In this document: in pieces, positions 1 through 14,742 of the stretch
How positions within the stretch are numbered: the first letter of the stretch is position 1
Layout of the letters: every line of letters begins with the position of its first letter
Position numbers and translations under genes: made by a program
Notes under the pieces: generated by a model
What the model saw: the letters and a program-made list of their open reading frames with translations, nothing else
What the model was told of the DNA's origin: nothing
The model's database searches: none
NCBI GenBank assembly: GCA_963575745.1
Contig: CAUYUJ010000001.1
Span: forward strand, 1,178,001 to 1,242,000
Length of the DNA stretch: 64,000 bases
Origin: Prorocentrum cordatum
Taxonomy: Eukaryota
Direction of reading: 5' to 3'

Positions 1-1359
1 CTAGGGACCGTAATTTGGTGCCTCCCCCTTACCCCCAGATCGCTCTCACCCAGGCCTGACCCAGGGATCCTTCACCGTAGGCCTTCTGGCTCTGGAGGGG
101 TTAGGGGGAGGTACACCAGGTGGGCCTTCTGCCCACCTGGTCCCAGCGCCTGTGCGCTGCCGCCCAGGCAAGGATAAGCTGCTGGACAGGGGCGGATATC
201 CTGGGCGGCAGCGCGACGGGCCACATCCCAATTCGGCATCTCGAGGCAGTCCGAGGCTCCTCCCTTTTCCTTCCCTGCGTATCCCTTCGTTGCCCTTCCT
301 CCCCTTCTCTCGGAGGCCTTCGGACTGCCACCTGGCTCGCAGGCTTGCCTAGGCCTCGCCCCCCCCGCTTCTCCTCCGCCCCGTCATCTGGGAGGCCTCC
401 TTCCTCTCTCCCTGGGCGGGCCCCCCCCCCAGCGCCGAGGGCGCCAGCGTGTCGGCCGCGCGCGCGGCCAGGCATGGGCGCAACGGCGCCCCCGATGCGG
501 CGCAGGGAGCACCCTCATGCCGCGGCAAATAGCGGAAATAGCGGAGCAGGAGGACGAGGAGGGGGAGGAGGGGGAGGAGGGGAAGGAAGAGGACGAGGAG
601 GGGGAGGAGGGGAGGAGGAGGATGATGGACGACAATGGGAGGACGATGATGGAGGCCGATGAGGGGGAGGACGACAATGGGAGGACGATGATGGAAGGAC
701 GAGGGGGGGAGAGGGAGGACGAGGAAGAAGAGGAGGACGACGATGACGATGAGGACGAGGACGAGGACGAGGAAGAGGAGGAGGAGGAGGAGGAGGAGGA
801 GGAAGAGGAGGAGGAGGAGGAGAGCGCCATCGACAGGGAAGGTGGGGGCCACGAGGTCCGCCGGCTCGACGACGCCCGCGTCGCCCGCGCCCGCCCCCTC
901 ACTCTTTTCCGCAATTGCGGGGTGCTACGTAGGGGAATCCTGGGACTTGTATCGATTTGTTTGTGTGTCCCTGGGCCCCATTCATGTCTCCCCCTTTGGC
1001 CCGACCCGACCTTGGCCCCCCTCCGGGGGGTGCGCCAGCAGGCGCAGCTCGGCCTCATCGGCCGCGGCGCGGGCCAGCTGTCCCCGAGGCCCCCCGCCGA
1101 AGCGCCGCCGGGGCGCTCGGCGTACCCGCGCCGCGCGCGCCAGGGCTCGACGGCGCCATGATGAGCCACGGGGTCGTCCTCCTCCTCCTCCTCCTCCTCC
1201 TCCTCCTCCTCCTCCTCTTCCTCCTCCTCCTCCTCCTCCTCCTCCTCTTCCATTTCTTCTCTTTATCAATAATTCTTCCCTGTCGCACCCCGAGGCAAGT
1301 TTTTAGGGCGGTCCGGGCGTTTCGCCTGAGACTTCCTCACCATTTATGACCATGAAGCA

Positions 1360-1800
1360 TTAGAAATTGCAAGAGCTTCACGAATTGAGGGCGGGTGGTT
1401 TTCAAAATGTGGTTCTCGCTTTGGCGCCGCGCACATTCGTTTTGAAAAAGTATAAGAGCTTCACGGGTTGAGTGCGGGGGGGGCCAAAATGTGGTTGTCG
1501 CTTTACCGCCGCGCACATTCGTTTCAAACACTTGCAAGAGTTTCACGGATTGAGGGCGGGTCGTTTTTTTTGAATGCGCCTCTCGCCTTAGCGCCAGGCA
1601 CATTCGTTTAGAAACATTGAAAGAGCCTCACGGATGGAAGGCGGCTCTCTTTCAAAATGTGGTTCTCGCTTTAGCGCCACGCACATTCGTTAAAAAAACT
1701 GCAAAAGTTTCACTGATTGAAGACGGTTCCTTTTCAAAATGTGGTTCTCGCCTTAGCGCCGCGCACATTTTTTTTTATGGCCAGATTTTCACGGATTCAC
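1360..1800. repeat. Tandem repeat with core CAAAATGTGGTTCTCGCTTTAGCGCCGCGCACATTCGTT
   Basis: About five diverged units of roughly 85 bp. Confidence 0.85.
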
Positions 1801-2852
1801 ATGGTCGACGTACCAGAAGTGGCGTTTTGGAAGGATTCGCGACTATGAGGGTCAACAGTTACGATGATTCGCGGTGTTGAAGTCCCAGGCATGGCGTCAT
1901 CCCAGCCCAGGGTCACCGGCAGCGTTCTCGGCCGCCCGAGCCGAAGGGCAGGCCGCCACAGCCATCTGGCCCACCACCAGGGTTCGCCGCGCGCTTGCAG
2001 CACTCCTTCGACCATGGCGCGCACGCTCGCGAGCTGGAGCCTCCACCAAGCTTCAGGCGAGCCACCAAGGTTTGGGACCCCAAAGGGGGCCTCGGACAGG
2101 CCAGGTACCACCAGGCCAAGTTCGGCGAGGGCACGAGGGCAGCAAGGCCAGCAAGAGCAACAAGGGCCAACGCGGACGAGGGCATGAAAACGGACGAGCC
2201 CCAAACCACGCCCCCCGCGCGGGCCGCCAAGAAGACCCCGCGCGGCGGGCCAGGCTCAAGTCCAAAAAGGCCAGGGACATGAACCGCGCTGCATCGCACA
2301 AGAAGACGGCAGCGCAGGGAACCAGCGAGGAGAAGGCGTCGCCCACCCCGCACACCGCGGAGACCGCGGCGGCTGGCGAGGAACCAGACGCGGCTCGGGA
2401 TTGAGCGGCTCGAAGCAGCGCGGGTAGTCCGCACGCTCAAGGTGTCTCCGACTCTTTCCACTTCCACCTACCAGTCCACGGCCACTCGCATCCAGTGACC
2501 TCGGTGCCACACCCCTCGCCGAGCCCGGTCTCCAGGCCTCAGGCTTTCGGACACTTCGTCCGCGGCACGAGGTCTACGCAAAAGTACGGCTCACGGTTGT
2601 CTGCCTCACACACCTACTCTGGCGAGTTGCCCTGTGCTGGTCCTAAAAGCACTCGCGTGTCCATTGAGCACAGTCAGTGGGCGCGCACCCCGCCCAGCCC
2701 AGCGCGCCTCCTCCCAGGTGGCGGCCAGGTATCCAGGACGGGTTGGGGAGTTGCGCGGGGGGGGGATGGTTATGGTTTTCCGTTTTTCTCGGTTCTTTCG
2801 CTCCGCCCGAGCTGTTCGATCGCCCCCACAATCCCGACTCGAATAGGACGCC

Positions 2853-2873
2853 CCGCCGCTATCTGGGCTCAAG
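2853..2873 (+). other. Relict DinoSL-like sequence
   Basis: CCGCCGCTATCTGGGCTCAAG matches CCGTAGCCATTTTGGCTCAAG at 16 of 21 positions, ungapped. Confidence 0.45.
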
Positions 2874-3379
2874 CGCCCAAGCGATTGCATTCTTTATTGA
2901 CAAGGAAACGTAACATTTATAACTGATTGCTGCCAGCTTTTCCTTCTCGCTCCCAACCCCCACATCTCTAGTTCGTCCTCCTCTTCATCCTCTTCATCCT
3001 CCTCCTCCTCCTCATCCTCCTCCTCCGCCTTATCTTCCACTTCTCCTCCCCTTCAGCTGCCTCCCCCATCATCCTCCGGTGTTCCTCTTCCCTTGGAGCC
3101 CCGCTCCTCGGCCGCCTGAAAAAGTCTGGGGCGGCCGAGCGGGCGGGAGGCACACGCGGCGCCGCGCTGTCGCCGCTCGCTCCCGAAAAAGGCGGGGGGC
3201 GGAGGGGGGAGCTGATCGCCACGAAGGAACGGGTTCTGAGGGAAGCGGGTCGCAACCCAACGAAAATCAACGATGGGGAAGGAGGGAGAAGTGGATGAGG
3301 GGAGAGGCGGGGCTGGGGAAGCTGGATGAACCAGATGAGGTGGCTTGAGGGAAGCGGTCACAGTTCAAGGAGAATCAAT

Positions 3380-4950
3380 GAGTTTGTCGCCGGTATTCTT
3401 GCTGGAGTACTCTTGGGGCGTCTTGGGGGCATCTTGGGCGTCAGGAGGACATCTTGGGCCGTGTTGGGGCCACTGCGGCCGTCTTGGAGGCGTTTAGGGC
3501 AGTCTTGGAGGCCACCTTGGCCGTCTTGGATGCATTTTGAAGGCCATGTTGGGCCGGTCCGCCCGTCTTGGAGGCGATTTGTGCAAACCTATTTGGCGCG
3601 TCTCTCCGGTTGGCCAGCGGGTTGGGCCGGTAAGAATTTCACCAAAACAATTCCGAAAACATTGGAACATGTGGCACGCCAGGCACCCCTTCCCCTTCTT
3701 TAATCAACAGGAGGCGGCGGATCGAAGATGCCTACGGCGAATCACCGCCGTCCCCTGCTTTTTGGAAACGCCCATGCGGCCAAACGTAGTCTGGCGGAGC
3801 TATCGAATTCCCGAGCCGTTGTGGACAATCTTGGAGGAACACATGAGAAAGAAAGAGAAGGGACGCCGAGAGGGAAAAGAATAAGGACGTGGTAGAGAAG
3901 GAGGAGGAGGGGAGGAGAAGGAGGAGAAGGAGGAAAAGGGAGCCTCTTGAGGTCGTGTTGCAGTTTCCTGGGGGCTTCCTGGGAGCTTCTCGGGGGCCTC
4001 GGAATCGCCTCTTGGGGGCTTCCTGGGGCCTCGTTGGGGCCTCCTGGGGCCTGTGTGGGCCTCTTGGAGGCATGCGGGGGGCTCTGATGGCCCTCTTGGC
4101 CTTCAGCGGCCGTACTCGGAGCCTTTCTGGGCAGTCTTGGGTCCCTCTTTGGGTGCTGGAAAGCCGTCTGGGAGGTATGTGGGGCCGTCTTGGAGCGATC
4201 TTTGGGGCCATGGGGCCGTCTTAGAAAAGCGGAAGCCCGAAAAGGCGAGAATATTAGCTAGCATCGCTGAAACACCCAAGGAAAATCAATGAGTCTGGCC
4301 TCATGGCGTACCGTTTGGAACCCTCTTGGGGCGTTTTGGAGGCCTCTTGGGACATTGGGACCTTTGGGGGCCGCCTGAGGTGCATCATGGGCCGTCCTGG
4401 AGACATATTGAATCCATCTTGAGACCATATTAGGCTCTTTTGAGGCCATCTTGGTCGTCTTGGAGGACATCTTGGGACAGTCTTGAGCGGGAAGAAAAGG
4501 TCCAAACTAGTACAAAGAAACACCAGACACTCCTTGCACTCCTTGGATGAACCAACAGGGAGCGGAGGATCGAAGACGCTTACGGCGAATCACCGCCGCC
4601 CCCGGCCTTTCAGGATGCGCCTATGTGACCAAACGTTTGGACAAAGTCTGGCACCGCTATTGGACCATGCGTTCCCCCAGCCGTTGTGGAAGCCTTTCGG
4701 GAAACACGTGGGAGGGGGGAGAGGAGAATGAGGAGAGTGACGAAAACCGAGGATGAGGAGAAGGATACGGAGACTTCGTGGGTCATGCGTGGGGCCTCCT
4801 GAAATCTTCCCGGGGGCCTCTTGGAGGCCTCTCAGTGGCCTCGTTGGGTTTCTTGGGAGCTTTTGGTGGTTTCTTGGGGGCCACTGTTTGGCCGTCTTAC
4901 GGCGTTCCTTGCCCGTTTGACGCCGCCGGAAGCCGTCTTGGGAGGGGGCA
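3380..4950. repeat. TCTTGG-rich dispersed repeat family (also ~34350-35050)
   Basis: Dense GTCTTGG/CATCTTGG motifs. The block GGATCGAAGA.GC.TACGGCGAATCACCGCCG recurs at ~3720 and ~4567. Confidence 0.8.
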
Positions 4951-5007
4951 GGCGCTGCATAGGTCGCCCATCCAGGATGATCCGCTCGGGCAGAGTAGGT
5001 GCCCGTG

Positions 5008-5735
5008 GAAGAGCTACAGGCCCAAGGTTCACGCCAGAGGGTGATCTCCGTGCTGTTGGAGGGGGGCCGCGAGGGGATACCCCCTCTGCCGCTCAGCGCC
5101 CTCGGGCGCGATCCCCCACGACACTCTGGAGGGCGATCCTGAGGGCATGGGGCGCGCCACGGCGGGGATACCATTTTCGCGCTCGACCTGGGCGAGAGTG
5201 TCTGCTCCATCTCCTGGTCTTGAAGGCGTCGCGGAGCTGTATCGCCAGCTCTGGCACCTTGAGGGTCCTTGTTGGATATCTGGGCTTGTCCCTCTGGCTG
5301 CGCCAGAAAAGCTTAAGGTGAGGGGGTACACATGTCATCTCTCCGAGTGGGTTCTGTTCCCAGAGGTCCCCAAGAGTTCTGGCCAGCCGACCTGAAGGGT
5401 CGTCCGCAGTCATCTTGGCCACCACCCGCGTCGTAGCCTGGAGTTTGTGTCACCCGCGTTGCGAGTGTAAGAGCTACAGGCCCACGGTTTGCGCCAGAGG
5501 GTGGTCTCCGTGCTTTGGGGGGGGGGCCTCGGGAGCGATGCCCCACGCCACTCTGGAGAGCGCTCCTGAGGGTATGGGTTGCGTCCCGGGGGGGTCCCAT
5601 TCTCTCGCTCGACCTGGGCGACCTGGGGTCCCGTCTCCTGGTCTTGAAGGCGTCGCGGAGCTGTGTATCACCAGCTCTGGCACCTTGAGGGTCCTTGTTA
5701 ACTATCTGGGCTAGTCCCTCTAGCTGCGTCAGAAA
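5008..5735. repeat. Tandem duplication of a ~300-bp segment
   Basis: AAGAGCTACAGGCCCA...CTCCTGGTCTTGAAGGCGTCGCGGAGCTGT...TCTGGCACCTTGAGGGTCCTTGTT at ~5008-5310 and ~5469-5735. Confidence 0.85.
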
Positions 5736-5769
5736 AGACTGTGGCAAGGAGAGACGTACACATACCTAT

Positions 5770-6240
5770 ACGACCACCCTGCGGGTGATAAGGAGGTTGT
5801 GGGGGGGTGGGGGGAGGGGGGTGGCTCATGACGACAACTGTGATGAACGTGGTGTTGTTGGGCGATGATGGTGTGGATGACGTGGCGGATTTTTTGTTGT
5901 TCCTTCGCTTGGGCGACTTGTGTCGTTCGTTTTGCCGCTGCGCGACGCGGCACTCAGCCCACGACGCCCCAGTCGAGGATGGGTGCACCGACGGGCAACC
6001 GACGGGACAACGTGGGCTACCGGCGGGCAACCGACGGGACAACCGACGGGACAACGTGGGCTACCGCTTGACAAGGCCGGGGGGGGAAACATTTGTGTTG
6101 GCGGACCCCTAGCGACAGCAGGGTGAATTCCTCTCGCTGGCCCACGCAGCTTCGCCTCGCCCGCACGCACGGCACGAGCACGAACACGAAACTCGATTTC
6201 CCGGCGGGGGGACTCCGTTACGCTGCGATATCACCCCCAA
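5770..6240 (+). repeat. Short copy of the same minisatellite element
   Basis: Same left end GACCACCCT(G/A)CGGGTGATAAGGAGGTT and right block CGCAGCTTCGCCTCGC...CGATTTCCCGG, with only a few 12-bp units. Confidence 0.8.
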
Positions 6241-6249
6241 CCTCCGACG

Positions 6250-6429
6250 TGCATACATGCAAATATGCATACATGACTGAATACATACATTCATACCTTC
6301 ATACATGCTTACATACATACATACATACATACAGACAGTCATACGTATATGCAAACATACATACGTACATACATACATACATACATACATACATACATAC
6401 ATACATACATACATGTGTGTATGTGTAAA

Positions 6430-6467
<38 letters not shown>

Positions 6468-6836
6468 TACATACATACGTACATATGTGCATATCTGCAC
6501 GCATGCATGCATGCATATACACACATACATACATACCTACCTACATACATACAAACATACAGACCGACAGACAGACAGATAGACAGGCAGACAGACATGC
6601 ATGCATGTATGTATGTATGCATGCACACACTTGCATGCATACCGACATGTATGCATGCATGCATAGAAACAGATAGGCATGCATACCTACGCAAATAGGC
6701 ATACAACCATTTACGTACACATATATATGTAGGCATGCATACATACAGACATACAGCCATGCAGACACACAGGCATACACGCATACAGACATGCAGATAT
6801 ACAGTCATAGAGTCATACAGACAGACAGAGACATAA

Positions 6837-6883
<47 letters not shown>

Positions 6884-7020
6884 TGCATGCATGCATGCAT
6901 AGAGACATACACACCGTCATACATGCAGACAGACAGACCGATAGACAGACAGCCTGTCAGACAGACATAGAGATGTGAGTATATGCACATATATATATAT
7001 GTATAGATGCATAGAGAGAG
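6250..7020. repeat. Compound microsatellite (ATAC)n/(AT)n/(ACAG)n/(ATGC)n
   Basis: Directly visible. Confidence 0.95.
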
Positions 7021-10000
7021 GGAAATCAAGAATGAGCGAGGGGGCTGGGAGAGGGATGAGTTTGGAAGACGAAAGGGGGGAGGGGGAGGGGCGAGGGCCG
7101 CCAGATGGCGAGGATGCCAAGGCTGCGTGTAGAGCAAGAGGTCGGGCAGCGGACCGGCAGCTGCTGGGGACAACGTCGACCCACGACGACGGTTCGACGA
7201 CGGTGTCGATGACTCGACGACGGCTCGACGACGGCTCGACGACGGCTCGACGACGACTGACGACGGCGGCGGGGCGTCCGCGGCCCGCTCCACGCGATCG
7301 CCTCCGCGGAGACGTCAGACCACCGCTGCCGGACACTTTGGCGGCGGAAGAGGAGGAGGACGACGAGGAGGAGGAGGAGTGAAAGGACCGGGCCGCCGAC
7401 GCCGGCCCCGGGCTCGGCCTTCCTGGGCCCCACGCCGCCGCCGAGCGATGAGAGTGAGGGGGTCGTCAGGGGCCTCGAGGGGGGGGGGGCGGATCCAGGT
7501 TCGAGGCTCGAGGGTTTCGGACGTTCTCATCGGTTCTCGGCGGTTTTGCAGCCTCGGGGTGCCTTTTAGCGGCTGTGCCTCGCGGCCGGCGTTCTGGGTT
7601 CGTCGACAGTCTGCCAGGCTGGAGAACAGATTTGAGGAGGCCCGCCGAGGCGCCGATTAAGCCCAGCACTGCGCCCGACTAGGCCAGATTGGGCGCCGAT
7701 TAAGTTGAGCACTATGCCCGCCTAAGCCGGATTGAGCGCGATTAGATAGAATTGAGCTGGATTATACCGGATTGGGCCAGTTTCCGACCACAGATATACC
7801 AGCGCCGATGCTGAAGTGAACCCGCCAGGAGTTGCATTCTTAATGTTTTACACAAGGAGCCCGCCGCAGGCGCCGAATTTTCGTCAGAGCAGTGTGGGCG
7901 GGTCCCAGGTGGGTCGCGAGTGGGTCGCGGCCGGGTCGCGGGCGGGTCGCTGGCGGGTCGCGGGCAGGACGACGACAAGAGGAATCCCCACCACGGATTT
8001 CAACTTCGGGCACGCACCCAGGGACGGTATGTACGACCGTTCGGCCCCCTCGCTCTTGATAATAGCGAGGCATGGATGCGCGCAGAGTCCTCGAGGTCTG
8101 ACTGTTCACGGAAGGCTGAGTGGCCGCTGGGTCAGCACGTGAAATTGTAGCGGAGTTCGGAGCGAGCGGATACAGAAGACGCGCGCGCAGTTAGTCACGT
8201 GAAATGACTGCTGCCAGCAGGAGGAGGAGGCGGCCCGCCAAAGTGCAGCATCCCACGTTTCTGGATGGACCCAAAGTGACTTCGACTTCGAGGAGCCTAG
8301 GAGTTGTCGTCTCGCCCTTGGCGGAGGGTGACGGAAGCCGGTGGAGGCAGAACGGGGATTGTTCTGTTGGCAGAAGCCGGCGGAAGCAAAAGTTGCCCCA
8401 CTCAAGAGGCCCAGACTTCCGATGGGATTGCTTCAATGCGCGACCGCAGAGGTCCCGTGTCCATTCTTGACGGTCCCAGTGCCCGCACGACCACGGGCCC
8501 CAGAGGCCAAAATTTAGGGAAGACGCCCAGACCTTGCAAAAATGTATCTTCGGAGACCTGCGGGTGCAGTGTTTGGGGGACTCAGCGGCATCCGGAGCAG
8601 CCCATCCGCTGGCCAAACTCGACGAAATTCGGACATGGATGAAGGCGGGTGGATCAGCGGCAGGGCCCGTTTCCACGCTTGAAGGCGAGTGGATCAGCGA
8701 CAGGCAGCGTTGGTTTCCTGTTTTAGGGGTGGCCTTGCCCGATCCGTAGATCTGGCGCCCACACGCCAGATCCACGGATCCCTGACCCAGTCTACAGCCA
8801 ACATGTATAGTAAGGATGAGCGGCTTCCCAAGGTTTCCGTTGCATCCTTTCCCTTCGGCTCATCCTTGGCCACTTTCGTTGGCCACGCCCCGCCCGAAAA
8901 GTGTCGGCAAGGCCTTCCGAGGCCCCTGCATCCTCACGGTGGAGGCATTCGTTCAGGAATGGGCCCAGGAGGCTTCAGACCCTGGGGGATTCCTTATCTG
9001 ATGAGGGCGGCATTGTTATCCATGGCCGATCCACGATCGCAGTTTCACCGGCTTCCAGACCCTGGATTCCTTCTTTAAGGGTCCGAGATGAGTTCGCGGA
9101 GGCCGCCCGATCGCGAGCGGTGGACCCCAGCCAACGCCAGGTGCGGAGATCATCGCGTCCTCGGTGGCTGGGGCGGGGCGCGCCTCTCGAATCCTATGCA
9201 TGGGCACGGGTCTCGGCCCTCGAAGTGAGAAAGGGTTCCTTAAGAATTTGTGGGGCTCCTTACATTTGAGGGTCCCTTATATGCAAGGGTTCCTCCAGAC
9301 CCTGGATTCCTCATCCTCCAGAGGAGGAGGAGGAGGAGGAGGAGGAGGAGGAGGAGGAGGAGGAGGAGGAGGAGGAGGAGGGGGAGGAGGAGGAGGAGGG
9401 AGGAGGAGGAGGAGGAGGAGGAGGAGGAGGAGGAGGTCAGGGATCCTGACCCGGTGCCCTCTCACCTCCCCGTGCATCCTCACCATCAGCTCGGCCTGCA
9501 GCGCGTGCCCGGCCACCCCCGGGCTCCCACGCCCGCGCCCCCCCGGCAGGAGCAGCCGCAGGTCCTCCTGTCCATCCGGAGGCCTCCACGCCACGAGGGC
9601 CCAGGCCCCGCGGGGAGCGGGCCCTGGGCGGGCCGCGGGCCGGGCAGCAGGCTCAAGTCGGGCCCGTCCCTCTACAGGAGGAGTATGCAAGAGAATGGCC
9701 ACGCAATGGTCCGGGGGCCATTCTGCTATCATTTCTGCACATGCTTGGGCACCGTTTGACCATTCCAATTTGTCGCCCAAGTTCCGCCTGTAGGGGGATA
9801 CGTTCGACCTAACAGCAGGCGCAGGAGCGCTCCGAGAAGCCGTGCGAGGTCGATCGATCAAGAGCCAGACACAGGGAAGCGAGCAATGACATAAACATGA
9901 AAAAACTCGGAGGTCCTCGCGGATGTCTCGCATCGGCGCTGGACCCCGTCGCGTGCCAGATGGTAGGTGCAGGCGTCGGCGTGGGGTGAGGCCTGGGAGA

Positions 10001-11209
10001 GGGGGCCAGCTGCAACCGCTTGCGCTGTTCTTCGGCCCGTCCGAGGCGCAATCCCGTGGCCCAGCGGCCTGGCTCGCGAGGCCGTGGATACGGATACGTT
10101 TTCCGCCCACGATTCGCGTCGTGTCGAAGCGGCGGCGACCCTGCCGCGGGCGTGGCCCAGAATCGGCCAATATGGGACGATCTGGCGATCAGAAAGGCGC
10201 CGATCGTTCAAGGTTCGACCATCCGTGCGGTGCCCGAAGCCATCGCCAGGGTCGTCACACCAGGGACCCACCGTACACCGCCTCAGCCTTTGTCGCCCTT
10301 CCTCGGCCTCAACCTCCACCTCCCCTCTCCTGCCCTGTCTCCCTGTCTGTTCGCTTCCTCGAGGACCAGCCTCGAGACCTTCGGACACAAGCAGGCGTCC
10401 GGGAAGTAGTCCCACTCTCCGCCTGGCCTCCCGGCGGTGAGTATGTCCTTTTGCCAGAGGACGACCGCCTAACTCGCAACCCATTTTTGGCGTTCTGGGG
10501 CCTCGCTGCGCTTATTCGCAATTGCCTCGCCGTGCGAGCCCAGCGCTTTTCGTATCGGGCCTGGCAGGCGGTGTGAGGCGGTGCGTTGCGAGGTCCCTGC
10601 CCCTCCCTTCCCCGGCTCCAACGCATTGCGCTGTGGAAAAAATTCCTCACCGCCGGGCCTCCACAGGCCCAGGTTCCTCCCAGGCTTTGGCGGATACCGG
10701 TTCCCGCCCGATGCCCGAGAGGCCTTCTTCGGGGGCCCCCAAACGAGGCAGTCACCACCCCGTGTGGTGAGTCGGTGGGGATTCGGGGTGACCGCACGGT
10801 CTTGGGACTTGGGCCGTTCTCCGAGGACGTGTCGGGCGACCTGGGCGTTTCCAGGATCCCAAACAGGTGAGGTTACGGACCGTGCGGTGAGGTCATTGGG
10901 GGTTCGGAGGTCCCCTCCTGGGGCCGAAACTGACAAGTTTTTTCGAGCCACGTCCAGCCGTCACGACGAGGGGAGCCCCTTCTTCCCACCTCCTTGCTGG
11001 TCAGAACCAGTGCTGGGCCATCTCAGCCCCCCAGCTGGCTCCAACCCCAAACACACATTCATCGACGAAGGAAAGTTGCATGACCAGAAAGTTTAGACGG
11101 TCCGCGCTGATGTCTTGGATCTGCTCTGGACGGTCTAGCGCAGATCAAAGAAATCCGCGCGGACAGCCGATGTTTTATTACGCTGCCGCGTTTTATTATT
11201 CGTAGTCTT

Positions 11210-12465
<1,256 letters not shown>

Positions 12466-12723
12466 CTTCTAATTCACCAAGGCGCTGGCATATGGCCCTA
12501 GGGGCACCCGAGAGAGAGGTGTATCACGGCCTGCCGCGCCACCGTTTTCCGCGCGGACGCGCCGCCGCGATGGCCGCGGCGCAGCCCGCCCTCCGAGGAG
12601 CGTGGCAGCCGAGCGACCGCGAGCTGTTCGACCAGGCGCGCGCCGCGCTGTAGAAAGCGGGCAGTCGGCTGCGCGTCAGCGTAACCATTCGCTGGAGTGA
12701 TCTTTTTATGGGGACGTAACCAC

Positions 12724-12870
12724 TGGGGCCGTTGGGGAGCTCCCGATGGGGCCACGAAACGCGCGAATGGTGTGCCGAAATGTGAGCCTGGGGCACATGG
12801 GGACGCAGCCATTGGGGCATTCGGTGGAGCTCCCTATGGGGCCACGAAGCGTGTGAGGGGTGTGCCGACA
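12724..12870. repeat. Two tandem copies of GGAGCTCCC(G/T)ATGGGGCCACGAA..GTGTGCCGA
   Basis: Directly visible at ~12724-12780 and ~12812-12870. Confidence 0.75.
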
Positions 12871-14660
12871 AGTGCGTGCGGAGGGCCCACCGGGGTCCCC
12901 CCAGCATTGGCGTGTGCGTTCGGATTTGGCCTCACCGCGGCCCCCTGAAGCCGCGCATCAAAAGACACTCTTGCCCAGGGCCGCTCCTGCGTGTAATGAG
13001 CCGACGCCTGCGGGCTCAGAAGACAAACAGAAAAGCAAAATTCACAAAAAGATGCGGGCCAGCAAAAAGAACGAGGACGCCTGCCCAGAAGAGGATGCGA
13101 TGCCGATGCCGCTGCCCTTCCCTCGCCGCCCCGACCGAATTCGCCTCGAGATCCTGGTCAGAACGCGCCTCGGGAGAGGTCCGGGGAGTGCAGTATCGGT
13201 ACCTCGTGCTCCCCCCACTTGCGGCAAGTCACCGCCGCCAAGTGGCGTCATCCACCACTCTGCTCGCTCGGAGCTGCTCGGCCTGCGCCGCGCGGACGGC
13301 ATTCGGACGGCCCAGCAATCTTTCTGCCGCGCGCGACTCGTCTGCGGTCCACAAGTCCGCTTCACAATAACCATATTTCCGCAACGTTCGCGAGGCGCGC
13401 GCCTCCAGCCGCAGCTCGAACCGTCGGCGCTCCCGGAACTCTTTCGTACGCCTGGCCCGCATGAACCCCCCGCCTTTGTGGAGATGCCGATGTGGCCAGG
13501 CGCTGGGCCGGCGCTCGGCAAGGCTGTTGGGCCGCGTGTTCCCCCCAGCCGTTGGGGTGGCCATCGGGGGAACACAGGGGAGGAAGACAGAGGATGCGGA
13601 GAGGGAGGAGAAGAAGGAGGAGGAGGAGGAGGAGGAGGGGGAGGAAAGGCAGAAGGAGGAGGAGGAGGAGGAGGAAAAGAAAGCCTCTTGGGGGAGCCTC
13701 TTGGAGCCCTCTGGGAGAACACAGAAAAGACAAGACTGCGCACTTCAGCCAGCGCACGTCGCGCAGAGCGCAAGGCAACAGGAAACAGACTGACCTAAAA
13801 CGAGGACCTCGTTTGTTGAACGGGCGAGGGCGCGGGAGATCAGCAAAGGAAAGCATTCCAGCGAAGGGAAAGCACGCCTTCACCTTGCAGCGCCCTGGCG
13901 CCGCGCAGAGAGGATGCATCAGAGCATCTAGGTTTTGCTACTTTCCTTCGTCCTCATCCCTCCTCCCTCCTGTCGCAGATGCATTGTAGATTAGTTGTTC
14001 AGGCCACGGCTCATAGCACGAGTCTGCCTATTGCAAGTCGATTTGTGCGGTGTTCCTGGTTTGCCTAGCGACCTTTAGGTTCGCGATGTGGTTGTGTCAC
14101 CCGTGGTCTTTTTGCGTGGAGGGGGGAACTTTAGAGTCTGCTCTTTGAAGAGACGAAAGTCGGGGAAACAATGATGGCACAGACAAGTCAGCACTCTTCA
14201 GCGCTCGCAGTGGGGAAACACACGCGGGCAAGATGCGGACTTCGCTCGACGGCCGAAGGGAGGTGTGCGGGCATAAGCAAGGAAACACCAAGGCGGCGCC
14301 CCACAACGTCCTGGGCATAGCAGAGCGGGAGGCGGAGGAAAGAACTCCAGCCTGCAGCCTGGAGGGGGCCCGCCCGCGCCTTGCACCAAGCGCGCCGTAC
14401 AAAGCGCGAGTCCAGGGCCAGGGGTTGGGGGGGGAGGGAAGAGGAGGAGACGGAGGAGGAAGCTACCAGGCAGGCGACGGATGGTGGTCACCCCGCAAAT
14501 GCGGGCCACGGCGGGTTATTGCTTTCAATACAGAAAATATTATCAGCAGTGGTTCTGGAACGCTTCACCGTGGCGTCCGATCGCCCACCCTGTTGAAAAG
14601 GAAGCTCCCCCCCAAATGCCATGGCCTGCACATACTCCAATCCCACATCTGACCATCACA

Positions 14661-14684
14661 ACCGTAGCGCTGCTTCGGCTCAAG
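14661..14684 (+). other. Relict dinoflagellate spliced-leader-like sequence
   Basis: ACCGTAGCGCTGCTTCGGCTCAAG versus DinoSL DCCGTAGCCATTTTGGCTCAAG. Confidence 0.6.
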
Positions 14685-14742
14685 AGCTGAGCACAGCCGA
14701 CCCGCGCGCACTTGGCGCCACCTTTGCCAAGAGCAGCACATC

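Noticed and set aside
384..1349. Poly-E/S/P/R ORFs
   Set aside because: Produced by (GGA)n/(CCT)n microsatellites. Short islands between them might be exons but are unsupported.
1874..2500. Basic G/K/Q-rich ORF, possibly a gag-like fragment
   Set aside because: No diagnostic motif and no associated pol.
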